This document shows positions 1 to 6,371 of a stretch of 10,237 nt of DNA, piece after piece. Position 1 is the first letter of the stretch; every line of letters begins with the position of its first letter. A program made the position numbers and the translations under genes. The stretch lies in the IMG/VR virus record IMGVR_UViG_2778261151_000009, positions 1 through 10,237 of that record; one strand, written 5' to 3'. Origin of the DNA: a virus. Lineage: Duplodnaviria; Heunggongvirae; Uroviricota; Caudoviricetes. The notes beneath the pieces were generated by a model. That model saw nothing but the letters and a program-made list of their open reading frames with translations. It searched no databases and was not told the origin of the DNA.

Positions 1-296
1 CGCGTTGTTTCCGGTATATCGACTTTGATGTACGGGTTAATTTGTCTGGCGACAGTGGCAAGGTCTTTATTCAGGAGGGCTTTGCATTCTGCTTCGGTAT
101 ACGTTTTACCGAGCATGATGTCTTTTCCGGTGTGTCCGTGGCATACAGTCCATACGCCAACGATATCTTTGTATGGTATGTAGCTGACACCTTCCAGACC
201 ATCGTTACCACCTGGGCCAGTGATGAGCACAGACGCTATGGCAATAGCCCCACCACCAATAGCAACTGCAACAGCCTTGCGTAATGATGGCGACAT
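1..296 (-). CDS. R: SAR endolysin (phage 21 R-like lysozyme), N-terminal ~98 codons only; gene continues beyond window start
   Basis: Absent from ORF track because truncated by the window edge. Minus-strand ATG at 296-294 overlaps the holin stop (TAATG). Own translation: [98 protein letters not shown]. It has a Gly/Ala-rich weakly hydrophobic N-terminal helix (signal-anchor-release type) followed by a lysozyme-like E-x8-D-x5-T motif, and sits directly downstream of the holin. Confidence 0.85.
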   Translation of the reverse strand, partial: MSPSLRKAVAVAIGGGAIAIASVLITGPGGNDGLEGVSYIPYKDIVGVWTVCHGHTGKDIMLGKTYTEAECKALLNKDLATVARQINPYIKVDIPETT

Positions 297-511
297 TATT
301 CACCTCTCGCAGCCTTACGCTTGTCTTCTCTGATTTTGAAGTACAGATTTGTCAGATAAGTCAGGAAGCCCAGAACCAGACTCCCCAGTACACCAATCGC
401 AGCCCACTGTGACGGACTGACCTGATCAAGCCACTGTAAAAACCAGTAGCCAGCACTGCCTGCGGAGGTGCCGTAGGCAATGCCCGTTGAAATTTTGTCC
501 ATGGATTTCAT
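296..511 (-). CDS. S: Class II holin / pinholin, phage 21 S-like (71 aa) with dual-start motif M1-K-S-M4
   Basis: ORF track 296..511. Protein [71 protein letters not shown] has two TM segments and a charged C-terminus. Strong SD (GGAGGTGAGG) upstream; stop overlaps endolysin start. Confidence 0.9.
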   Translation of the reverse strand: MKSMDKISTGIAYGTSAGSAGYWFLQWLDQVSPSQWAAIGVLGSLVLGFLTYLTNLYFKIREDKRKAARGE

Positions 512-803
512 AGCCTCACCTCCGCAAATAACGGATGGCGTAGTTTTACACTGAGAAATGAAAGGGATTTGAAAAGAAAAAACCGCAAAAGCGGGCGAAA
601 CGATATATACAGTAAGGAAAGCACTCTATCCAACAAACCACTCACAGTTAATCGGAATAAAAGCAGAGTGCTTATGAATGATCGCCTGCCCGAAGGTTAG
701 TATTTCTGCACAGCAATTTTGCAAAAAAAAGCGATCATTCATAACTTAAACGTCTTTCAGTCACTCCGGGATTTCCCATCATCGCAGACTGAAAGACTCT
801 AAC

Positions 804-878
<75 letters not shown>

Positions 879-881
879 ATA

Positions 882-957
<76 letters not shown>

Positions 958-959
958 AC

Positions 960-1036
960 TGGACCGCCACCGGGGACTCGAACCTCGCACACTCAACTTA
1001 AAGGGTTGACGCTCTTTCCTGATGAGCTAGTGGCGG
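960..1036 (-). tRNA. tRNA-like gene, Lys-type anticodon UUU but atypical anticodon loop (C at position 33)
   Basis: Reverse complement CCGCCACTAGCTCATCAGGAAAGAGCGTCAACCCTTTAAGTTGAGTGTGCGAGGTTCGAGTCCCCGGTGGCGGTCCA. Perfect 7-bp acceptor stem, 4-bp D stem, 5-bp anticodon stem (TCAAC/GTTGA), loop CCTTTAA, T-loop TTCGAGT, encoded CCA. Isotype uncertain. Confidence 0.55.
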
Positions 1037-1040
1037 TTGG

Positions 1041-1113
1041 TGGCCCTTGCTGGATTTGAACCAGCGACCTGGCGATTATGAGTCGCTCGCTCTCACCACT
1101 GAGCTAAAGGGCC
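1041..1113 (-). tRNA. tRNA with CAU anticodon; resembles tRNA-Ile2 (lysidine type) more than elongator tRNA-Met
   Basis: Reverse complement GGCCCTTTAGCTCAGTGGTGAGAGCGAGCGACTCATAATCGCCAGGTCGCTGGTTCAAATCCAGCAAGGGCCACCA; anticodon loop CUCAUAA. From memory the body resembles E. coli ileX-type tRNA. Confidence 0.75.
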
Positions 1114-1215
1114 GGGCGCAGGATAATAACGTTACGAAATCAATGTTGCAAGCATTCAAAAATCACCCTTATCTCCTCCACCAGCGCATTCACCATGTCT
1201 ATCCGAGATAAGTGG

Positions 1216-1244
1216 CACAAAAAACCCGCTTGTGGGCGGGTTTT
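1216..1244 (-). terminator. tR'-like intrinsic terminator downstream of the late promoter
   Basis: Hairpin ACCCGC-ttgtgg-GCGGGT (1224-1241) with A-run on plus side (U-run in minus-strand RNA) and T-run on the other side, so potentially bidirectional. About 45-70 nt downstream of the candidate pR'. Confidence 0.6.
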
Positions 1245-1289
1245 GTTTGCTTTTGCCATCACGTAAAAAATCGGCAAAATATCAGATTT

Positions 1290-1322
1290 GCATGAATATA
1301 TGCCTTTCAATCTACTTTTGCA
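1290..1322 (-). promoter_or_regulatory. Candidate late promoter pR' (-35 TTGCAA, ~16-17 bp spacer, -10 TATATT) overlapping the Q-like gene end
   Basis: Minus-strand reading ttgcaaaagtagattgaaaggcaTATATTcatg. Position between the Q-like gene and the terminator/tRNA/lysis block matches lambdoid late-region architecture. Confidence 0.45.
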
Positions 1323-1995
1323 ACACTTTGCTTTGAAAATGCCGTCTTTTTTTTGAACGTGTTCTCATTACAAACAATAAAGCCTCACTATCCAGTCGGT
1401 GAAAAATGTGTTTCATTGCAACCCAGTGACGAGTAAATGTTTTGGACCAGTTTTTAGTTGTCACTCCCGCCAGTAATGCCAGCTCCTGGTATTCATAACC
1501 TTCCCCACCAAAAAGTTCTGCTTTTACTGCCTGCGCCGCCAGCCAGATTAATTTTTTCAGGCGTTCCTGCGTTTTCCCTGCAATTTTTCTGGTACCGGAT
1601 TGAGCATTAAATTCATTCCACGCCCACTGTGTTATCGCGATCTGATATTCCCAACAAATACTCCCGCTGTAACACCACAACAACCAGGCTTTATGATGTT
1701 CTTCAAGAGACAGAACAGCCCGCCGCCACGATGATGTCGAAAACTCAACCGGACTGACCAGAGGAATTGACGTCCCCTTCGCCAGCGATTGCTTTCCCGG
1801 GATTGGTGGATTATCCCGCGTTATCATTTTTCCAGTCACTTCATCGCGGTACCGGATTTTTTTACGCCTGTAACGCCCTGTATCGAACATGGCATTCTCT
1901 TGCCAGGCTTCAAGCTGACCTTTTGTTGCCCCACTCAAATCAGCGGTGGCGATAATGAGCTGCTCACGCACAAACTGTAAATACTGGTTATTCAT
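1312..1995 (-). CDS. Putative late-gene antiterminator Q-like protein (227 aa from ATG at 1995; family assignment by position)
   Basis: ORF track 1312..2001 (its first codon is GTG). ATG at 1995-1993 overlaps the rusA stop as ATGA. Located immediately upstream of the pR'-like promoter, tR' hairpin, tRNAs and the S/R cassette, downstream of rusA. No motif verified by search. Confidence 0.55.
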   Translation of the reverse strand: MNNQYLQFVREQLIIATADLSGATKGQLEAWQENAMFDTGRYRRKKIRYRDEVTGKMITRDNPPIPGKQSLAKGTSIPLVSPVEFSTSSWRRAVLSLEEHHKAWLLWCYSGSICWEYQIAITQWAWNEFNAQSGTRKIAGKTQERLKKLIWLAAQAVKAELFGGEGYEYQELALLAGVTTKNWSKTFTRHWVAMKHIFHRLDSEALLFVMRTRSKKRRHFQSKVLQK

Positions 1996-2351
1996 GCGCA
2001 CCCCAGTTCTGTGATTTTTATCCCCAGCCGCCCACCAGGAACGAGCTGACCGCGCACAATATTGATTTCATCAAACTGCTCGTCGTCTATAAGTAGTCCA
2101 GCATGCGTCAGCGCATCCAGCGGTGCCTTCAGGATATTGTCCAGGTCACGACGGCGCTTATCCGGTGGCTCTGCAATAATCTTTATCGCCAGCCTTCCGG
2201 ACAGGTTTAATTTCAGTCGCTGCTGGCGAACAATTAGCGCCACATCACGGCGATAACGCTCACCGGCTTTTGATACAGTCGCCAGTAGGTGTTCACCGTT
2301 GGCGGGTAAGGCAAAACAAATTCTATGCGTTCGGTCATTTATGCTTTCCAC
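1992..2351 (-). CDS. rusA: Holliday-junction resolvase RusA; N-terminal region apparently frameshifted (possible pseudogene or sequencing error)
   Basis: ORF track protein contains PDKRRRDLDNILKAPLDALTHAGLLIDDEQ and GGRLGIKITELG, matching the RusA catalytic core. The canonical N-terminal motif (MTERIEFVLPYPPTVNTYWR) is in another frame, starting at ATG 2338-2336 right after the upstream stop. Confidence 0.8.
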   Translation of the reverse strand: MESINDRTHRICFALPANGEHLLATVSKAGERYRRDVALIVRQQRLKLNLSGRLAIKIIAEPPDKRRRDLDNILKAPLDALTHAGLLIDDEQFDEINIVRGQLVPGGRLGIKITELGCA

Positions 2352-3397
2352 TTCAGAACACCCGAATTTCTCGCGTGCATTAAAAAACGAATCAGCAACA
2401 ACAACTGACTACCGTGTTTTTCTTCAAAATCTTTTACCCCGGCGTGTAGTTCGTTATGGCATTTACGACACAGCGGAATAACAAACAAATCGTCAGCCTT
2501 TGTTCCCATCCCTCCCAGTCCATGACCAATGATGTGGTGCGGATCATCTGCCTGATTGCCACACGTCATGCATTTCTGCGTTTTTACCCAGCGCGTGTAT
2601 ACAGGCATCTCTTCCCGTTGTGGTTTCTGGCGCTGGAGATACTGAGCCGGAGATTCCGGATCAACGGCAATGCTGACCACCGTCTCTTCCTGTGGTGGAT
2701 TCTGTTGCTGGTGGGCGTGAGGCAGCGGCGCAAGATTTTTTGTGCGCTGCTTCAGTATGCTGGTGGCGGTCTGCTCTCCCGGCACGATGTCGCTTTCACG
2801 GTACATTGAGCGGATTTTTTCCGCACGCAACCCCAGCGAACGACGTAATACCGCTTCCGGTAGCGCGTCCGCCACCTGATTGCGGACCGCCCACCAGGAT
2901 AATTCAGCCAGAGATAATTCACGCTCCTGCGTACCGCTTATTGCGTGACCGATGACGTCAATCATCCATGCTGACAGGTTTTGATGAGCAAGTTGCTCGA
3001 GTGATTCGGATGTCTGGTCACGCAACTGGTTGTCGCAGTGCCAGCACAACACCATTGCGCCGGTACCATAACGGTGAATGACGGTTTCGCTGTGATGATA
3101 ATCGCCGTGTGGCCACTGGCAGGATTTAATATGGCGCAACAGCCAGTCAGACAATGCACCAGCACCACCAGCAGCACGAATCACCCGTGCGTTACTGAAA
3201 AACGGCAGCAATGTTTTGTCTTCCACTAGCGGCTGGCGAACGGCAGGAACGACCCCGGACGGCAGATTACGCATGCTTTTCGGTTCCGGCTCCACCAGTA
3301 CCCGGGTATTGTGGAATACCGGCATGGATTCACGGCCTGGCTTAAGGACCACCAGCCCGAGTTCCGGAACCAGAACAGGTCGAAGTAATACCCGCAC
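2339..3397 (-). CDS. DUF968 / YdfU-like prophage protein with C-terminal HNH-like zinc-binding motif
   Basis: ORF track 352 aa; first codon is GTG overlapping the upstream stop. C-terminus CMTCGNQADDPHHIIGHGLGGMGTKADDLFVIPLCRKCHNELH = CxxC...HH...CxxCH...H. Position between a Rem-like gene and rusA matches Qin-type prophages. Confidence 0.7.
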   Translation of the reverse strand: MRVLLRPVLVPELGLVVLKPGRESMPVFHNTRVLVEPEPKSMRNLPSGVVPAVRQPLVEDKTLLPFFSNARVIRAAGGAGALSDWLLRHIKSCQWPHGDYHHSETVIHRYGTGAMVLCWHCDNQLRDQTSESLEQLAHQNLSAWMIDVIGHAISGTQERELSLAELSWWAVRNQVADALPEAVLRRSLGLRAEKIRSMYRESDIVPGEQTATSILKQRTKNLAPLPHAHQQQNPPQEETVVSIAVDPESPAQYLQRQKPQREEMPVYTRWVKTQKCMTCGNQADDPHHIIGHGLGGMGTKADDLFVIPLCRKCHNELHAGVKDFEEKHGSQLLLLIRFLMHARNSGVLKWKA

Positions 3398-3398
3398 A

Positions 3399-3677
3399 TT
3401 ACCTCCAGATCCGTTGCTGGAACGTGCAGGACGGACGCGGTGGCCGTTCGGAATAAGGGAGCCTGACGAAGATTATCCAGTGACGATAATCGAGACTGAG
3501 GGCTTTCTTAATCTCGTATCCGTGTCTGCGGTAGCGCTGAATCAGCCATTCAGCCTGTTCTTCGGTGCAGGGGTCGTGCTGATACCAGTCAGATTTGAAT
3601 GCATGAGAACGCCGCCCGTGCCTGCTGGCAGGGGCGGCAGAGTTATCCGAATTGTAAAATTTGGTATCGTGCGCCAT
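3399..3677 (-). CDS. Small conserved prophage protein (Rem-like position), ~92 aa from internal ATG
   Basis: ORF track gives 3399..3806, but codons 1-43 are translated through the hok terminator hairpin and U-tract (3745-3776). ATG at 3677-3675 is the first start downstream of that terminator. Start and identity uncertain. Confidence 0.45.
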   Translation of the reverse strand: MAHDTKFYNSDNSAAPASRHGRRSHAFKSDWYQHDPCTEEQAEWLIQRYRRHGYEIKKALSLDYRHWIIFVRLPYSERPPRPSCTFQQRIWR

Positions 3678-3744
3678 CTGTTTTCTCTGCTGGCGCAGCA
3701 GGTGCCAGTTGTTCAGGCTGACGGATGGATTGTAAACCAGAACG

Positions 3745-3776
3745 ACCAGAAAAAACAAAACCCGCCGAAGCGGGTT
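3745..3776 (-). terminator. Intrinsic terminator ending the hok transcript
   Basis: 7-bp stem AACCCGC / GCGGGTT (3759-3776) with CGAA tetraloop, followed on the minus strand by UUUGUUUUUUCU. Not U-rich on the plus side, so unidirectional. Confidence 0.6.
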
Positions 3777-3844
3777 AAGTGCGGGTGCGTTGAGGATGCC
3801 TGACACATCAGCGGTGGCGAGGGATTTCTCCCCCGCCGGGTCTC

Positions 3845-4000
3845 TTACTCCTCAGGTTCGTAAGCTGTGAAGACAGCGACCTCCGTCTGGCCGGTTCGGA
3901 TTCGTACCTCGCAGAGGTCTTTCCTCGTTACCAGTGCCGTCACTATGACGGTTAAACAGATGACGATAAGGGCGATTAACATCGCCTTTTGCTGCTTCAT
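3845..4000 (-). CDS. hok: Hok/Gef family type I toxin (51 aa)
   Basis: MKQQKAMLIALIVICLTVIVTALVTRKDLCEVRIRTGQTEVAVFTAYEPEE is a single TM helix plus the conserved Hok periplasmic tail. ORF track extends it in frame to an upstream ATG at 4057. Flanked by promoter, terminator and 5'/3' complementary elements. Confidence 0.9.
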   Translation of the reverse strand: MKQQKAMLIALIVICLTVIVTALVTRKDLCEVRIRTGQTEVAVFTAYEPEE

Positions 4001-4176
4001 AGCCTGCTTCTCCTTGCCTTTCGGCACGTAAGAGGCTAACCTACATGTGTTCAGCATGGATTGAGCCTCAGATTAATGTTAAGCGTCTTGCAGGACGCGT
4101 AATGTTAACTGGGGCTTTTCTCTATCTGCCTTTTGGTGTTCATGCCTGAGACAGATAGCCTCAAGCACCCGCAGTC

Positions 4177-4204
4177 ATTCTACTTAACTAAGATTTCCCT
4201 GCAA
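4177..4204 (-). promoter_or_regulatory. Candidate hok promoter (-35 TTGCAG, 16-bp spacer, -10 TAGAAT)
   Basis: Minus-strand reading tTTGCAGggaaatcttagttaagTAGAATgactgcGGGTGC. Predicted start falls right at the 5' element (4158-4172) that is complementary to the 3' end of the transcript. Confidence 0.4.
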
Positions 4205-4259
4205 ACCGTTTTTGTCCGGCACAGTAAATATCCAACTAAACCAATAGCGTTCGCTGTAT

Positions 4260-4439
4260 TTACCGCCAGTATTCAATGCACATGACCGCCATGAACACCC
4301 CTAAAAAAAGGGCATTTATATGTCCAAACATTAATATCAAAACATCAATTTTTTCCATATACCTTGCTGTGAAGATGATGGGCATACATGATGCGAACAA
4401 CCAGAACGCAACAAACAAAAACTGCAATGCGTTTTTCAT
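4260..4439 (-). CDS. Small hydrophobic membrane protein, possibly a lipoprotein (59 aa from ATG with strong SD)
   Basis: ORF track 4260..4478; Met14 (ATG 4439-4437) is preceded by AGGGGGAATA. Protein MKNALQFLFVAFWLFASCMPIIFTARYMEKIDVLILMFGHINALFLGVFMAVMCIEYWR has a signal-like N-terminus ending in a lipobox-like FASC and a second hydrophobic helix. Lies in an AT-rich island. Confidence 0.5.
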   Translation of the reverse strand: MKNALQFLFVAFWLFASCMPIIFTARYMEKIDVLILMFGHINALFLGVFMAVMCIEYWR

Positions 4440-4651
4440 TATTCCCCCTACAATCAATGTGCAATAACATTTAAACACACCTCAATTTGGCCGGACATAT
4501 AAATATCTAAACCAGAAAAAATCACTTACATAGCGTTACAAACTCTTTAGTCTAAATACTCATCGTAAAACATTCCCCATACTTATCAGTCCGTTCCGCG
4601 CCAGGTAGCTTATTGCCTTATCTGGCAACCTATAATCAGGTTTCCGCTTTT

Positions 4652-5074
4652 TCAGTTGGCTGGTCGTTTAACCGACATAGTTAACCCATTAATCTGGTTG
4701 CCGGATGCTGGTGGATTTTCGCGTTTTAGTTGTTCATAAAAGTGCACAGCTTTAACCAGTTCTTCTGATGTAACCGGGACTGGTGGGGCAGTGAATAAGG
4801 CCTGAATTTCATAGTTCGGCCTGTCGTTACAATCCTCTTTTTTCGGTACATATTTCCAGTCACCAACCCACAACTCCCCCTGAGAGTCCATAACACCTTT
4901 TTTCACGTAGCGATATCGCCACGCTATCGGCTCTGCTTCCAGCGATGCCCGTGCAATTTTGAATAACTCGCCCTCTACTCGCGCCATCCCTGAATTGGGG
5001 TGGCATTTCGTAATCGCTATTTTTAATTTGGCTTCTTCGATTAATTGTTCTTTTGTTAATTCAGTCATTTTCAT
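4652..5074 (-). CDS. Hypothetical phage protein (140 aa)
   Basis: ORF track; ATG start with second Met at codon 3. Upstream has AGGAGG followed by a CCGCC-TGAAAG-GGCGG hairpin. No family recognised. Confidence 0.6.
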   Translation of the reverse strand: MKMTELTKEQLIEEAKLKIAITKCHPNSGMARVEGELFKIARASLEAEPIAWRYRYVKKGVMDSQGELWVGDWKYVPKKEDCNDRPNYEIQALFTAPPVPVTSEELVKAVHFYEQLKRENPPASGNQINGLTMSVKRPAN

Positions 5075-5164
5075 TACCGCCCTTTCAGGCGGCCTCCTGA
5101 TGTTCTGAGGGTGCAGAAATCCCTCCGGTTAAGGATTAAATTTTATTTGCTGTGCTAAATTTAA

Positions 5165-5620
5165 TTATTCAGTTTTTATTCCTGCTCTCAAAACAGCCTC
5201 TGCCATTCTGATATCCGGATTTTCTGAAATCATCTTTTCCGGCGAGTCGCAATCACCACCACATTCAGTTATGCGTTCATGACCAAAACGAATTGTGGTT
5301 TTGTGCGCATTAATCATTTGTGTAAGCGCATCTGTCAATTCTGCAATGCGTTTGTCTTTAACTTCCAGCTCTTTCAGTAAAGCCAGTACGTCAGGATCGC
5401 TAACATCAACGACGGTTACGCGCGATTTCAGGTAATGCTCATCCGCAAAAGTTCGACCAGTTTTAAAATATCCATCATCCCCCTCACCTGTGCAGGCATA
5501 CACAATATGCGTTCTGGAAAATATGCGCTGTATCGACATTTCATCGCCACAAACAGGACATTCCGGCACCTGAATTGGTGAATAACGTTCACGTAATGCC
5601 TGGTAATTAGTCTTGCACAC
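5165..5620 (-). CDS. Hypothetical protein with zinc-ribbon-like Cys motifs and a coiled-coil segment (151 aa)
   Basis: ORF track; GTG start preceded by TTTTCAGGAGA. CPVCG...C and ECGGDCD motifs; LKELEVKDKRIAELTDALTQM heptad-like stretch. Overlaps the upstream gene by 14 nt. Confidence 0.6.
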   Translation of the reverse strand: MCKTNYQALRERYSPIQVPECPVCGDEMSIQRIFSRTHIVYACTGEGDDGYFKTGRTFADEHYLKSRVTVVDVSDPDVLALLKELEVKDKRIAELTDALTQMINAHKTTIRFGHERITECGGDCDSPEKMISENPDIRMAEAVLRAGIKTE

Positions 5621-5912
5621 TGGCTGTCTCCTGAAAAATCACCGCATGCCCCAGTTTCTCCGCCAGCGCCAGTTCTGCCTTAGCGCCTGCTGACCGCTGC
5701 CAGCCTTTCAGCATGTAAATCGCATCCACACAACGAATCATCGCCATGCAGATATCCATGTACTGCGGCTGTGTCAGCCCGTCCGGAAGTACTGCCGGGT
5801 TTAAGACGGTATGCCCTTCCCGTTTCAGTTCCTCTTCCGCATTGTGAAACGCCTCACGGTTGAAATTTTTATACCCGGTCATTGGACCGGCGATATAGAC
5901 TCTCACCCTCAC
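5607..5912 (-). CDS. DUF4406-like protein (nucleoside 2-deoxyribosyltransferase-like fold family), 101 aa
   Basis: N-terminus RVYIAGPMTGYKNFNREAFHNAEEELKREGHTVLNPA matches the characteristic YIAGPMTG...NF...F...G..V.NP signature. GTG start overlaps the upstream stop (GTGA); SD AGGAGG 7 nt upstream. Confidence 0.7.
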   Translation of the reverse strand: MRVRVYIAGPMTGYKNFNREAFHNAEEELKREGHTVLNPAVLPDGLTQPQYMDICMAMIRCVDAIYMLKGWQRSAGAKAELALAEKLGHAVIFQETASVQD

Positions 5913-6331
5913 GCCATCACCTCCTGAAAATTACCCTGATAAAACGACAATATGCGCTGCATAACTTCGCTCTTCCGGCACTCGCGACAGATTATGTTTA
6001 GGCGACTGTCGTAGCGACGTATTTCTCCGTCAGGTAATGACCAGATAAGGTCCGGATCAACCGCAGATGGTTTCTTCAGCTTTGCCCTTGAGAGCTTTTT
6101 ACGAGCATTTTGCCAGTCCTTACGCGCCTGTTCAGACGGGAATAACCCGTAACCAGAGTTGTATACATCGCCACTGGCAACCAGCTCTCTGGCCAGAATG
6201 CTCATCAGATATCTTGTTGCCCCAGTTTTAGCTTCCAGTTGTCGTAACGTCTCGCGCCCACTCTGGCGTACGAGTTCAAGAACCTGCCCTTTAATTTTTT
6301 CCCGCTCTTCTTGTGTAAAAACTTTTGCCAC
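5909..6331 (-). CDS. Hypothetical protein (140 aa), possible winged-helix N-terminus
   Basis: ORF track; GTG start with SD AGGAGGG 4 nt upstream. No Walker A motif, so not an obvious DnaC-like loader. Confidence 0.6.
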   Translation of the reverse strand: MAKVFTQEEREKIKGQVLELVRQSGRETLRQLEAKTGATRYLMSILARELVASGDVYNSGYGLFPSEQARKDWQNARKKLSRAKLKKPSAVDPDLIWSLPDGEIRRYDSRLNIICRECRKSEVMQRILSFYQGNFQEVMA

Positions 6332-6371
6332 AAGCCCTCCTGAAAATTACCTCATGACCAGAAATTAACAC

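Noticed and set aside
42-284. 80-aa plus-strand ORF
   Set aside because: It is antisense to the endolysin coding sequence, whose minus-strand translation has clear lysozyme and SAR features.
575-600. Possible intrinsic terminator on the minus strand upstream of the holin RBS
   Set aside because: The stem is only 4 bp (CCGC/GCGG); despite the T6 run it is too weak to call.
2456-2955. Plus-strand ORFs 2456..2809 and 2692..2955
   Set aside because: Both are antisense to the DUF968/HNH gene, with Arg/Leu/Trp-rich shadow-ORF composition and no RBS.
3216-3803. 195-aa plus-strand ORF
   Set aside because: It is antisense to the Rem-like and DUF968 genes, its translation is low-complexity (S/T/R/P/G-rich), it has no RBS and it spans the hok terminator. 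It looks like a shadow ORF.
3678-3806. N-terminal 43 codons of ORF 3399..3806
   Set aside because: These codons are translated through the hok terminator hairpin and U-tract, so the real start is more likely the ATG at 3677.
4276-4467. 63-aa plus-strand ORF in the AT-rich island
   Set aside because: No RBS, N/K/I-rich composition typical of AT-rich non-coding DNA, and antisense to the small membrane-protein gene that has a strong SD.
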